Of a stretch of 64,000 nt of DNA, positions 34,201-47,600 are shown one piece after another. The position numbers and the translations under genes are program-made. Every line of letters starts with the position of its first letter. The first letter of the stretch is position 1. Below the pieces are notes generated by a model that was given only the letters and a program-made list of their open reading frames with translations, was not told where the DNA came from and did no database searches. The DNA comes from Vicugna vicugna. Taxonomy: Eukaryota. The stretch spans positions 2,909,305-2,973,304 of the forward strand of contig MU058451.1 in assembly GCA_013265495.1 (NCBI GenBank), given 5' to 3'.

Positions 34201-37200
34201 GAGAGCCTTACAAGAAACTGCATGCCCATAAAGGGCCAGCTCTCTCCAGTTTCTGAGCTTTGAGAAGAGGACATTCGCAGAAACACCCGGATCTAATCTG
34301 TCTTTCCCGACTGGCCCCACCCCCGTGCACCACCATCTGTTTACACACTCCTGTGCCAGATAGAACTACACGTGCTTGCTGGGGTCACGCTACTGCTTCA
34401 GAGAATAAGAACAGGCCGGAAATGCCCCCTAAAATCACTCAAAACTAAATGGAATGTAAAGACCACCTTTCTGGAGAACTGCTGCTGAGGTCTTGTGAAC
34501 GCTAACAGTTCAAAGCTAGCCGAAAGCCAGAATCTACTATGAAGACTCTGAAGACAGTTGACTTTTAAGAAAATAATTGTACAAGTCCAGGACTTTAGCC
34601 TTGAGACCCTAATACACAAATGCTGATAAGGACGCGCTCGTTTTGCTGGCAGTGGAATTAAAACCCAGACCAGTTACATGATCCTCTTCGTCTAGCCGGT
34701 CTAGGGAGCTGAAGCACAGACACCAGGATTTCTGCCTATTTACTTTTGAGATATTTACTTTGACTACGTGGGCCATTAGACTTTACCTGTGGTTGGCCAG
34801 GATTCTACTTGATTTTCTGGTGAATAAACCTGACCACCCAAGCAGGGAGCAAATAACAGACTGGGCTTTTGTTATCTGCAACGAGCAAGAAAACCATCTT
34901 AGAAAAGGTGTTCACCCACACGGACTCGTGAATTAATATGAAACCATTTTAAAACGTCCCTAACAAAGGAGGGGCCGTAGCAGACTATTTGGTTACGTGT
35001 AGTCAGGGCTACAAGCTTTCAAGGTTATCTACACAGTAGTGAAACGGAGACGAAGAAAATGGATCAAAACAGAGATGCCAGTTTTTACTAGAAGGCACAC
35101 AAGTGTTACTGAGTATCATTATTATGCTCTGACTATCGTGAAAACACAACTCAAAATAAATCCCATTTTATCCTTAGTGCTCTAAACTTTTGGAGAGCTA
35201 ATTCCAAATTTCAATAGATAAAATGCCATTTTCTTTCCCAAACGCAATTCCCCCAGGCTCCCTGGTATTCTTTTAGGCTGGAAAATCACCTACGATCTTC
35301 TGTTTTTCTTTTCCTAAAATATTGTCCACACTCATTCTTAAAGACAACATGGCGATGAAAAAAATGTGAGGGACTTTTCCACCAAAACTACGCACAACCG
35401 TTTGGACTAAATCACGCATTTACAAGTCAAGAACCTGCCATGGAAATGCTGCCAATGGAGTATAATTTTGGCTACATCACAACAGATAACCAGAGCACAG
35501 CGTCCCTAAAGGAACTTCAAATCCTTTAATGCGACTGCTCTCACAGTCCTCAGGACTGTCCTCACATAGCAAGGAGATGAAGGGGCTCTTCTGCACCCCC
35601 TGCTCTGAGAACAGAGGGACAGAAGGGTCCTTATGAGATGCATCTTCTTAGGTCAGAATCAAGGCAGGAGAGACCAATTCTGGCCTTAAAAAAATTTGAT
35701 TATCAGCTGTTTTGAAGACCTATTTTTAATAACTTGCTGATTATTAGTTCAACATTATATTGTGTGCTTCTGTGTGATTATTACCAACTAAAACACACAT
35801 ATAAATCACCCATACTCCAAGATTACAAAAAACCCAAGGGCTTAAGTGTCATTATTTCTAGGAATGAGAGAGTAAAGAAGTGAAGGAAAACTATATCACA
35901 TTTCTTAAGGAGCCTGGGAGAGGAACTAACATTAAACAGACAAGTAAAACCACAGGTGGTACAAGCTGGTGGTAAAGGGGCAGAGGCCCAACATCTGGGT
36001 TTTGGGGGATAAAGAGGGGTGACTGCATGGGACAGTCCGTCCTAGAGTTGACAGGCCCTGGGCATGCTTCACACAGCCTGAGCAACAGGCTGAAACACTG
36101 AGGCTGGGAAGGGGTGAGGGCAGGGAGGTGACCTGTGAACTCTGCCCTCTGTGGCCTAGAGGTCAGCCCCTGCCTCTGGTCATTATATGGCTTGACAGGA
36201 CAGCATACAAAGGAGAGGTGTAGGCTCCTCCTAGTCGATTCAATGACTCAGTCTACAGAGCATCACCACTGGGCAATATAAACATCTGGGATATACTTAC
36301 TTACTCAGTTAAGCCAGCAAGTACTGATGCTGATGATGATAATTGCTCTTAACATTTACTAAGTGATTTTTTACATGCCAGGTTCAACCTGCATGATCTG
36401 TTCCAAGAACATGACATGCAGTATCTCCATCATCCAGCCTGGGTCACCAGCTAGTGAGTGGTGGGAGCTGATGTGAACTGATAGCAAGAACTGCGCACGC
36501 ACCCCCGCCCCCAGGTCCTTGCCAGGCTGTGGGCTGCTCCTCTGGCAGGCTTTCTGTTCATTCTCTCTGGGAATTCCTGGTGTTCCTCCTCATCTGCATT
36601 ACTGAAAAATGAACGTTCTCTTCCAGATATGACTTACGTTAACCCATACACTTCTCTTTTGCATGAGTTGATTCTTGTATACAATAACGTTTTAGGGATA
36701 AACAATTCTTGGTTTAAATAAAAGTATAATCGACACTATCAAGTCATGTGATTTTCAGCTGCCCTAGCTTTCCCCATGATTTTACTCCAAGATAATGGAT
36801 TTTTTTTTTTTTCTATCAGGTTGCAACATCTCCCTTAGACCTTGGTAAGACATGGAGGTGTTGCTAACTTTCACTGGGGTTTCGGTGACACACACCAAAC
36901 CCTGTAAAGTGGGCGCTTCATGCCTGTGGTGGTGGCACGGGAAGCCCTCTGCCGGGCGGGCCCCCCTGAGGCCACCTTGCCACCCATCTTGGTCTCTGAT
37001 GTCTCCAGCCATCTGGGGGCTCAGACTGTTCCCTCCCCACCACTGCCCTCGACATGTCCTTAGGTGTCCCAGCATTTGTGACATTTGTTGGCTCTGAAAA
37101 CCTGATACTTCAATCTACAACGTATTGTTACAACCACAGCATAAACGTAATCCTTGGATTAGGCTGGCATAATGGAAACTGCCTGGTCTCCCTGGACGTG

Positions 37201-37324
37201 CTCTATAAACGTAGACACATTATTCAGGATTCACAGACTTCGAAAGTGCCAAACTAAAAATATCTCTGACATCACGCTGGAACACACTCAAAGTTGAGTT
37301 TCTTGCTGTTTGTCTAATCCCTTC

Positions 37325-37575
37325 CTATAGTGGTTACCAGCATGAGTTCTAGAATCAGACCGCTTGGATGTGAACCAGCTCTCGCTACTCGCCAGCCTGT
37401 AACCCAGGGAAAGTTACCGAGCCTCGTGACACCTCGGTTTCTTCGTATGTAAATCCAGACCAGCGGTGGATCCTGCCTTGCAGAGTTATTATGAGGGTTA
37501 CAGGTGATACATGGAAAGCCCTAAGAGCAGATAATGCAGACAAAGCTGCACACAGAATACCCAGCATCACTACAG
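37325..37575 (+). mobile_element. MIR SINE relic
   Basis: tagtggttaccagcatgagttctagaatcagac...cctcggtttcttcgtatgtaaa...gagttattatgagggttacaggtgatacatggaaagccct. Confidence 0.7.
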
Positions 37576-39555
37576 ATAATATCTATCCATTTAATTAACT
37601 GAATAATTTAAAAATATATTGTTTCTAAATAAGCAATCTATTCAAATGGTTCAATAAAATATAAAAAAATAGCAAGGAACGTCTCCCTCTTCCCTTGTCT
37701 CTCACTCACCCTGGTACTAACCCAGCACAGCTAACCAGTGTTGCTGGTTTTTAAAAAGATTTTTTCCAGAATTTCTTTAAGGATATAACAGGAATGTAAG
37801 TTCCGGTTTTCTCCTCTTCTACACAAAAGGCAGCCATACGGACACGATTTCTGTGCCTTCGTGAAAGGCAACCAGATAACAGTGACCAGACAAAGCACTG
37901 GGCATCATATTGTGCCAATCTCTTGCACCTCCTGACCTTCGTGGGAGATGACAGTTGAGTATCGCTACCCAGGTGACACAGGGGCAGCAGAGAGGTGCTG
38001 GGGGTTCCACTCAGAAGACCTATATTTGTGTCCTGGTCCCAGCACTTGTAGGCTGTGCAGCCCTGAGCAGCTTACTTCAAAGTCTTGGAGGCATGGAATT
38101 GGTGGTCGGCATGTTTGTTGGGGGAGCTGAAATGGGATGTGAAGGTTTGGAGACACACACATGGTGTGACGACCAATTAGAAGCTACCACAGCCCACGAG
38201 GCCTCTCCTTCTATTCCAGAAAAACCAGCAGGTGGACACGGAGAATACGGCATCTCTATTTCTGACCTGGTACCTGGCCTGCCAGAGGACGTTCCTTGTC
38301 TCGGGTCACAAAGGCCAACTTTTCCTGGAGGAACACAGAGCTGGTATGGGGTGTGCTCTGGGCCATAGGTCTACCTGGTCCAACTTCCCGCACCTGGATC
38401 CGGCTTCTTTGAGAGCTGTTCTAAAATTATGTCAACAATATGTTTTTACCTGACCCTAGGCCTAAGGTCTGCAAATCGTTGAGAGGTAAACCAGGAAGGG
38501 CAGTGGAAGGTGATACTGAAGACTCCAGTGGTTCCCATGTCCTCAGTAGCAGCCAAACGCGCTCAGTCCTCTAGAAGCACGGTGACAGGCCTGTCCCTCT
38601 GTGCTCCCAACACGGGCTGCAGCCGGGCCAGTCCCTCCCCAGGGGTCTGGGCCCCGGTCGAGGAGAAGCCCTGCCCGGGGTTCCAGGGCTGTGGCTTCTA
38701 CTGCTGATTCCTCACTGCTGGTACCCGAAGGCCTCCCACCTCCCAGGGGCAGTCTGGCTTCCTCATCCATACAATGGATTAGGAGGAGAATTCTGATCCA
38801 CGCTTCTAACAAAACTGAGCATACCTACCCCCACTCCTATCAAATCAGACCTCTCTCCACCTCCCCTGCTTTCTCCTGCCTCCTGTCCGTCCTAAAACCT
38901 GAGACCTCCAGGTCTGAAACGCTAACCTGAAGACCCTGGGAAAGTAACGGGTTCTAAAGTTCCCTTCAACTCGAACATTCAGTAACTGTGGTAGCGGCAC
39001 TTCCACTGCAAGGGAAATCCGCTTATTACGTGTAAGTAAAACCCAGGCCTCTCCTGATTAATTTTTAATTTTTTTAGAGTGATAATAGTCTTCCTACTGA
39101 ACCTGATGAATTTTTTCCTTTGGTAAATAAAGTTAGAGGTATCAGGTTCAAGCAAGAGAGGTGAAAACACCTTCTAACTAAAACTTTCCTATAACTTGAA
39201 TGATAACCCTGAGTAGTGGTCTGCACACAGCAATCCCTTCATCTGTGGGCAGTAAAAAAAGGAGTTGTATGTCTTTTGCAACAACACAGATCAAAAAGTC
39301 TAGCAACAGACGTTCACACATGAGCTTATAAAAAGCCTGAACACCCTCAAGGATTCACGGCTGATTATTTTTATAAGTGAATCTCTAACACAAGCCACAG
39401 TTTTCAAATGCCCTGTAATCTCCTAATTAGCCCTGGAGTTATTAATCATTATATCAACATACTTCACAAAATCTGGAAACTAAGAAAGACCTCAGAGATC
39501 ATTTATTTCTAACCAATTTATGCAGATCAGGAAGCTCAGGCGGTTAGGGTTACAC

Positions 39556-39720
39556 CACGCCCACACCTGCATGCACACCCACGCTCCGGTGCACACCCAC
39601 GCTCCTGTGCACACACTCCTGTGCACACCCACGCTCCTGTGCACACTCATGTGCACACCCATGCTCCTGTGCACACACTCATGTGCACATCTACGCTCAA
39701 GTGCACACACATGTCCACAT
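39556..39720. repeat. Minisatellite built from a TGCACA-anchored 18-bp unit (tgcacacccacgctcctg) with 14- and 12-bp variants
   Basis: tgcaca starts at 39572, 39590, 39608, 39622, 39640, 39652, 39670, 39684 and 39702. Confidence 0.9.
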
Positions 39721-42366
39721 TGGCGGTGTCTGCATTATATGATCCCAGCCTCCCCAGTGCCAGCACTCATGGTGACAGCGTGGTGGGAGGCACGAGAACA
39801 GAGCCATACAGGATGCAAAGTTCTAACAGTCCTAACAACTTGGGCAAAAGGGATCACGTCACCAGCCATGAGGCGGTGAAACTCGGGGGGCGTGCCGTCC
39901 TCCTGGGACTGGCAGAGCACGGCCTGTTGGATGGTGCTTTAAATCTGATTGCAGAGAACTGGGCTACTCTTCAGCAAAGCAGAATGTCAGATGATGTTCT
40001 CGATACAGATATATTTTTTTCATGAATCACACTACTATGGCACTCGCTTCCCTATTAATGATGAAATGTATGGGAGGAAGGAGAGGGAGGGAAGCAACAG
40101 CCCAGACAGAGGCGCGTGGACAGGGAAGCGAGGGGGAGAAGTCGAGGCGATGCCTGGACTACTCCGTGGGTGCAACACACAGAGGGCGACAAAGCAGTGA
40201 ACGTTCCAGGGTTACATTTAACATGGACGAACTGCCTTAAGTCCCTAAGAGGAACATGAAAGTTAAAATCTTAATATTTATATACTACTGTAGTGTGAGT
40301 ATAGACACACACAAATACATTCTAATAATAGTAAAAAATGTACAGCACCACCCTGCAACTACTGAACATCTGTATTCCAGGAGCTCGGTGAAACACTCTA
40401 CAAACAAAATTATTGTGCTGTATTGTGCTCCCTACAACCCTTCAAGGTTATCATTCTGTTACGTACAAGGACTCACGCTCCGATAGGTGGCGGCCGGTCC
40501 GAGGTACGCAGCAGAATCAGAAGTGGCCCCGAGTATGTTTTATGAAAAGGCCTGTGCTCTTTCCTCCACATTATGCTGCAAATAATTAAAATGTTGTAGG
40601 GGGAAATCTGCCAACTTGTGGTAACTATTTGCTTGTTACACTGGTTTTTGTATTGAAGTCACACATAATCCTGATAAAATGAACTTTCACTAAGTTGATC
40701 ATTCAGATGAAGATTCCTACCAAATCTGTGGGCTACAGATAAAACTAAAACTGCAAACGAAGTAGCAACCCTAAACCCACTCTGCCTACCGCCGTCCTCC
40801 CCGGAGCAGAATGTTACCAGCGGCCACGTGGGCAGTTAAGTCTTGCCTTAATATAGTAGGAGCAAAACCCTACTGATCCCTCGGTGAGCCAATCTGGTTA
40901 AGAGAGTCAAAAATACTAAGTGGACAGATGTGTTTACCCAATTATTTCAGGCCAACAGACCCAGCCTTAGTCTCCAACACACTGAAATAACCCCATTCTT
41001 CTTTGGATACAAGTGTCTACGGACAAGTTTTTAACTGAAGTTTAATAAGAACATTCTATTTTCAAGAGACTTTGCAAAGGATGCTCAGCGTTCTTCTGGT
41101 CGCCAGAATCCAAGTGTCCAGCCAAGATCCGCTCTCATCTGTCCTGTGTGGTGAGCGGGAGCCACCCCAACCCTGACTTAATGCAGCCCACAATTATCCC
41201 CTCACATTCATACTTCGATGATCTTCGGTCATGGGATAAATCTTAAACACAGTCAGATTTCTCCCTCCTACACCCTGCCCTTTTCTTACAACCCCTGATG
41301 CTGCCCCTGCCGGCCTCAGCCTCCCAGGAGTGCCCAGGGGAAGTAGCCATCTCTGACACCACAACGGCCTGGAAGACAGGAAGAGGCTACACAGAAATGA
41401 CCAGGCTCTCAGGAACCCTCAGAACCACGTCTGCGAAGCTGTCTAACCCAAGCAGAGGTGAGGACACTTTCCTGGTGTCCCCAGTTCTCCCTCACGGAAG
41501 GCTCACTCTGTCAGGCATCACACAAGCTCCTTCTCATACATCAGGTCACTTAATCCTTGTGCGTTCCTGCTGGGAAGGGCTCCGTAATTAACCCTGTTTT
41601 TCCTGATGAAGAAACCAAGGCTAAGAGAGGGTAAATAACTTGCTCAAGGTGGAGTAGAGGCTTTGCCTGACTCCAAAGCACGTGCTCTTTCCACACGGCA
41701 CGACCTCAGATTACAGAGTAAGTAAGATCGGGCCCCTCTTACTAGTCTAGAACCTTCCTCCAAGTTTCGTCTGTCAAAGACCCAAGCTGTTATTGGGGAA
41801 GATGTGTGAATATCTGATTCTAAAACAGAAGACCCAGAGGCCACCTGCCCAGCCAGCCACAGACTGCACTTCACTCTCTATCAGAAAGTCTCACTTTTTT
41901 TTGTGCCAAGAGGATGCAGACGCCAAGAGTATTCATGCTGTGGTGGGTACCGATGGTATTCTAACTGTAGGAAACAATCTGGAATGAAAAACTTTAGAAC
42001 GTATACAACATTGGAATTTAAACAGGTACCACAAGCATTTACTAAGGGCACTTAACTAAACTGCATCTTGGTTTTTAAAAGACAGTTCAACACAATGTTG
42101 ATTATAGTGCCACGGATGATGTAGGGTGTTATAGGCAACCTAAGCGTCCATCACTAAGAGAATGGTAAGTAAAATGGGGGGGGGCATGTGCCCCTGGGAA
42201 TACTGTGCACCCCTGAGAGCCAACAGACCAGGGGCACATACAGTAGCCTGGATAAGTCTTCACACGCTGCCCTGAGGGGCAAACAATGTACACACAACTA
42301 AAAAAATTATATAGAAGTGTTACCAATCTATTAAGTATAATTCTAAATAAAAGAAAATAAGCTGTG

Positions 42367-42498
42367 GGGGGAGGGTGTAGCTCAGTGGTAGAGCGCATGC
42401 TTAGCATGCACGAGGTCCTGGGTTCAATCCCCAGTACCTCCAGTAAATAAATAAACTTAATTACCTCCTGCTCCCCTCCCCCGAAAAAAATTTTAAAA
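42367..42498 (+). mobile_element. tRNA-Ala(AGC)-derived SINE (camelid Vic-1-like), full length
   Basis: A box tagctcagtgg 42378-42388, B box ggttcaatcc 42421-42430, tRNA-unrelated tail, A-rich end, 13-bp TSD aaaataagctgtg/aaaatgagctgtg. Confidence 0.9.
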
Positions 42499-44369
42499 AA
42501 AATGAGCTGTGCGACTTGGTGCCATGCATATAAACTAAAAAGAAAAAGAAAATGACACTTCTCCATTTATACAGAATCAGTGACATATAATAAATATCTA
42601 TTACTGAGTGCTTCTAGCGGGAAGGGGCTAGGCCTGGGAAAACAGAAAGGGGAAGAGGCGAAGAGGAGAGCGGGCCTTGCACATACAGGCCAGGCCCTGA
42701 GGAATGGAGCTACTTCAACCTTCCACACTAAGCGGTTAGAAAAGGTGAGGGGGGGAGAGGGAGGGAGGGCAGAGAAGAAGTCAGAGGATGGGCAAGAGTC
42801 ATGAACCCAGCTCAGGGCTTTGTCTCCACGCTCATTTAATCTTGCAGTCCTATTTCTTAGTGGTATAAACTCCACCACCAGTTTTGGGGGCCTCTAATGT
42901 GCACATGTGCAGTCATCCACCCCGCCCCCTGTACAGCCAAGCCTGGATCAGACTGTAGGCTCGACTACAAACGTAAACTGAAAATGGCATTTGTTGGCAT
43001 CAGACCTGAACCCTTGGATTGATTCATATAAAAACTGCTCCACTTTCTTTTTATAAATACACAGACTGGCAGAGTCTAAACACCACAGAACACAGAGACC
43101 AAGGAAATGAAAAGAGATGTGAGCTTGTGACTGGACATGATGAGAAGCTCCCTTCTCTCCCCTCCACCTGTGCCCGTTGAATCCAAGGGTGGCAGTGACC
43201 ACACCTCTCCTTCCCTGGGGCCCCAGCCCGGGGGAGTCCACCTGTCTCCTAGCCTCAGGCCGGCTGGGGAGGCGCAGGGGTGGTGGGGGAAAAAGCCTTC
43301 GGGAGCCAGGAGTGGTGAATGAACTCCTAAACAAACTCTCCACTGACACATCACTAAAAATAAGTATGCTTACATGCATAACACATTTCTGGAACAGCAC
43401 ACTGAACTCTCTTTTCTCCTCTCTAGAGACTTAACGTCTTCCACTCAGCTTTATAGGAAATAAAGTGCAGGTGCAGCAAGTCTGCGAGCAGTCGGGAGGA
43501 ACTTCTGATGCCTGTGATCCGTGCACATCTGCCAAGACGTGAAGGAATCGCGGAGAGCGGCCGGGCAGCGTGTATCAGCCGCTCGTCCGTCCGCATTCCG
43601 GGCAGACGCTGATAAGGTTCACTTGGGCACTGCCTTATTTAGTCAGACTTCTCTGCCCGAGCACCGGTGCACGGTGACAACTGCGCATGCTGCCACCAGC
43701 CTCTCCCCTCGGGCATTGGTGCTGACACACCAAATACAAAAAGTGTCTCCATTATTTAAAACAGCCTCTTGCCTTTCCCAGTAGCCACCTTCTACAAAGA
43801 AGAATGGTAATGATATTACAAATACACCTGACCATGTTTACTTGGCAAAGAATTCCCATAAAGAGCACTGAAAGTTAAATTCTAATTCTTAAGGCTCTCC
43901 ACACCTCCCCCAAACACCGAACAAGTTATAATGCTGTACCGTTAATACTCTATTGGCTAAACTGCTTATTTTTTTCTAGTGTCATACATTACTCTGCTTG
44001 GCTAAACTGCATGTTTTTTCATAAACCAGTATTATTTCCCTTTTTAACTATATTAGATTTTAAATTTTACAGGCATAGTATTGTAAAAAGCCTTAGATTA
44101 GATGTCAATTTGATCTAGACCCGATTCTGCTCTTACCACATCAATATATATGAATCTTGTACATCTATATACACACACTCTTATGTATATGTACGGAAAC
44201 CACTGTAAGTATTTAAATTATTTTCTGCAAGAAGTCTAGCTTACGAGTACTTTTCATTGCTTATAGGATGAGGGAGCTCTTTCTGTACCAATATGGAATG
44301 AATTTCAATACATACTGTTAATTTTTAAAAAGCACAGGGAACAGACAGAATAGTGTGGATCCCACTTAC

Positions 44370-44690
44370 AATTATTGTCAATTCCAAGACCTAAAAACCT
44401 TTAAAACTCATAATTTTCTTTTTGTTAAGTTTAGTACCAAAACTTATCTGATAGTAACACCTGAATGCAACTGACAGGAAGCTATTTATGGTTCTTATTT
44501 ATCCTACTTGGTGTGAACATTCAGTTTCCCTGGAGAATTAATTTCTTTGCTTACTCAGTGCTGCTCAGACCCCCTGGAGGTATTATGTAGTTTATGCTAT
44601 ATGCACCAGATTGCTTTTCTAAAATCCAATCAGTGCTAATTTCTAAAACAAATCTGGACCCAAAAGGTCTGGGAAAGCAGTTACGAACTT
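44370..44690 (-). mobile_element. TcMar-Tigger relic (MER46C-like) within an old L1ME-like fragment
   Basis: ttttctaaaatcc...aatttctaaaacaaatctggacccaaaagg...gaacttgtg resembles the reverse of the MER46C terminus as I recall it. Confidence 0.5.
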
Positions 44691-47600
44691 GTGGTATGTA
44701 GCCATCTGCATCAAAGGGAATTAAATGCGTATCTGTATGTATAAATATCAGAAACTTTATAACGTACGAATCACACTGGCTGTCTTCAGGCAGAGGAGCT
44801 GATTCGCTGGAGTCAGGAGTGAGAGGGAGACATCACTCAGTCGATACAGTTTTCTAACTTTAAGAGTTTGAACCATGAACATGTATCATGTATTCAAAAA
44901 ATAAAGAAAATTTTAAAAATTTACAATCACCAATTATAAGCATACAGCAAGACCCTGATCTATTTAAAACACATCCTGTTAACAAGTCTTAGGAAAGCAA
45001 TGTTTTACACCCACGGTCAGTGGGTCCCTTCGACCAAACTTCCTCCGTCACCGTGAATGCTGGCTTCTTTTGACTCTCACCTTAAGCGTGCCCAGGTCTT
45101 CCCAATGCTCTCCTCTCTTCCTTCAAAATACTGTTTGCGATCTGTTTCTTAAATGGTGCTTTTGTCTCCCCAACCCACCTGCGGTTACTTCAGTTACATC
45201 CGTAACTCTCTCAAACTCATGCGGTTGGCCAGATGCTTACTTATTTGTCCTACCTTTCCTATTACACTGGAATCTCACGAAAGGAGGGATAAAATATCTA
45301 GCTTTAAGAATTTTACCTGGCACAGTTTTTCTTACACGGATGGTTAATTACATTGTGTGTGTATCTGGTCTTCCTAACGCGCCTTCCGGGGCCTGGCCAA
45401 ATAGCACGCGATAAATATTAGCTAAACTGAATTAAGCCAAGAAAACAAAAATTATTTTCCAGGAAAGCTTTGTAATGAAAATGAAATGGGAAAAGCAATC
45501 AAGGAAGGCTTCTGAAGACTCAGATACCACCTGCACTGACAGCAGAGGCAGAGCCCCGGGCTGACAGGGAGCTGTTCTGAATTTACAGTTTCTAAGCGCT
45601 GATAACACATGCGGATGGTGGAGAAGCTCAGTTACGTTTTGGTGGCTCTTGCAGACATAAGAAATGGTCTAATAAGAATATTTCAACATGAGTTAAAAAT
45701 TGTGTTTGTTCCCTGTAACATCAAAGAAACAAAGTCATCTACTGACCAGGATGAGTCCTGAGGACCCAAGAGTCAGAATCTTCAAAAACCACGGGCTGCC
45801 AAATTTAGAAACAACCCAGATCCTTATCTTTCTCACACTCCTTGAAATCACTTCAAAATGATTTTCGAAAAGGTCAACACACTGCATTAGTACACATATA
45901 CAACTTGACAAATTTGTCCAGTTTCTCTTTTTTTAAATGAAAAGCACAGACTTTTGAAGAAGGACAAAATTCCACCCAGCGGAGTAAGATTTCCCTCTAA
46001 TACATTTCATCCAAGTCCACTGTTTGGCATCAGTAACAAACCTTTGCATTCAAAACCGTTAAAAAATAAGCCCATCCAAAATAAAACCTATATTTTCTTT
46101 TATTTTTCATCCTCAGAAATTAATCCTACTGAAGAAATTCACATTTAAAAATTTTTAATAAATTCACTTCTAAACCATGTCTGTGTAATCAGAAAATAAA
46201 GTCAGAATGTCCATCCAAATATGTACTTAACTGACAATCACCAATTTCTTTTAAGCCAGAAAACCATGGTAAGAATTCTAAGTCACTGTTCTCAGATTAC
46301 ACATGAAAAAAATCAAGTCCAGAGAAGTCACAGTTCATTGGATGTGTTCTAACTGCTATGCACTGTGAGCTGTGCAATTATTAAGAAGAACTGGCTGGAC
46401 TTACTTAAAGAAACAAGTACATCCTTATAGCCTATTAAGTTCAGAAACAGAGGTCTGGACCCAAGGCCAAGGGAGGAGAGAGGCAGACAGAAGGAGCTGG
46501 AGAAGGCAGCCTGGGTGGGGGGGGGAGCTTCGCTAAGAACAGGTTTCATTACCCCCCGCCCCCCGCCTCCTTTGTGGGTCGCTAAGCCTCCTGCGACCTT
46601 CTGGGCAGAATTTCAGCTGCACCCGCACTTCTGCCCTGTAATCAGCTGTTTACTTGTTTGTCTCACCCAGAGGGCGAGGGCTGCTTTGGAAGACCCATTT
46701 CTCGGTTGTGCATAAGGCTGGCATGGAACAGGCGCTCAGTTAGCATCCCCCAGATGAACGAGATCGACACAGGACTTTAGGGTAAAAACGGGCTAATCCA
46801 GAAAGGCAGTGGATGGTAAGTCTTTTAGTGGGAAAGCAGAAAAAGCGGGGGAGAGGGGAAGGCAGATCTGAGCAGATGGCAAGAAAAAAGCAAGAGGCAG
46901 AAGGCACGAGAGGTAAGGGGCCCATGAGCACCCAAGGAGATGCTTTCTGGGGAAGGTGAAGCAGAAAGAAGGTTAAGCTCGCGGACAATTTCTCAACACA
47001 GGTGAATGTGTGCCACTCGCAGCCAATACTAAATAAACAGGTCATGAAAGGAAAGACATCTTGGTTATTTCAATAGTCTTTTGTTCCCACGTTTCCGATG
47101 AAGAGCTAGTAAATATTTTAACTGTGTACAGCTGGCTCGGCCTTAAAACTGACTTTCAAACTATGCACTTCTTTTGTAAATGGAGTGAGGATGTTACCTA
47201 AAAGTCTGCTGCTTGGCAAACACTGACTCACTCATATGTGGCGGGAGTGGATCAGCTCCCGGAAAGGAGGCTGCTGAAACTCTGAAAGATACCAACAAAC
47301 CAACCCAAAGAAATCCACCTACACTGAGACCACAGGATCCACTAAACGAAGATACCTGCAATAAAGGGGACATACATTTTCTATAGAAACCTTATTTGAG
47401 AAGATGGTGCAACAGTTCAGTTAAATCTGATTTTCATTTTTTTCCAGGATTGAAAGGAAGTAAGTGACCCTCAGGGACTGACATCACTGCAGTCATGGCA
47501 ATGGGTGTCTGACTCCAACACAAACATGGCGCCAGGCACAGCACGGTCCTCTGTAGAGAAAGATGCTCACACACCTCTGCTTAGCAAGAACAACCAGACA

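Noticed and set aside
39556..39720. CRISPR-like array or His-rich protein ORFs
   Set aside because: Tandem units without unique spacers in a mammalian intron; ORFs are by-products of the minisatellite.
42371..42442. tRNA-Ala(AGC) gene (also at 49015 and 50353-50425)
   Set aside because: Mismatches in acceptor and anticodon stems, SINE tail, poly(A) and TSDs identify these as tRNA-derived SINEs.
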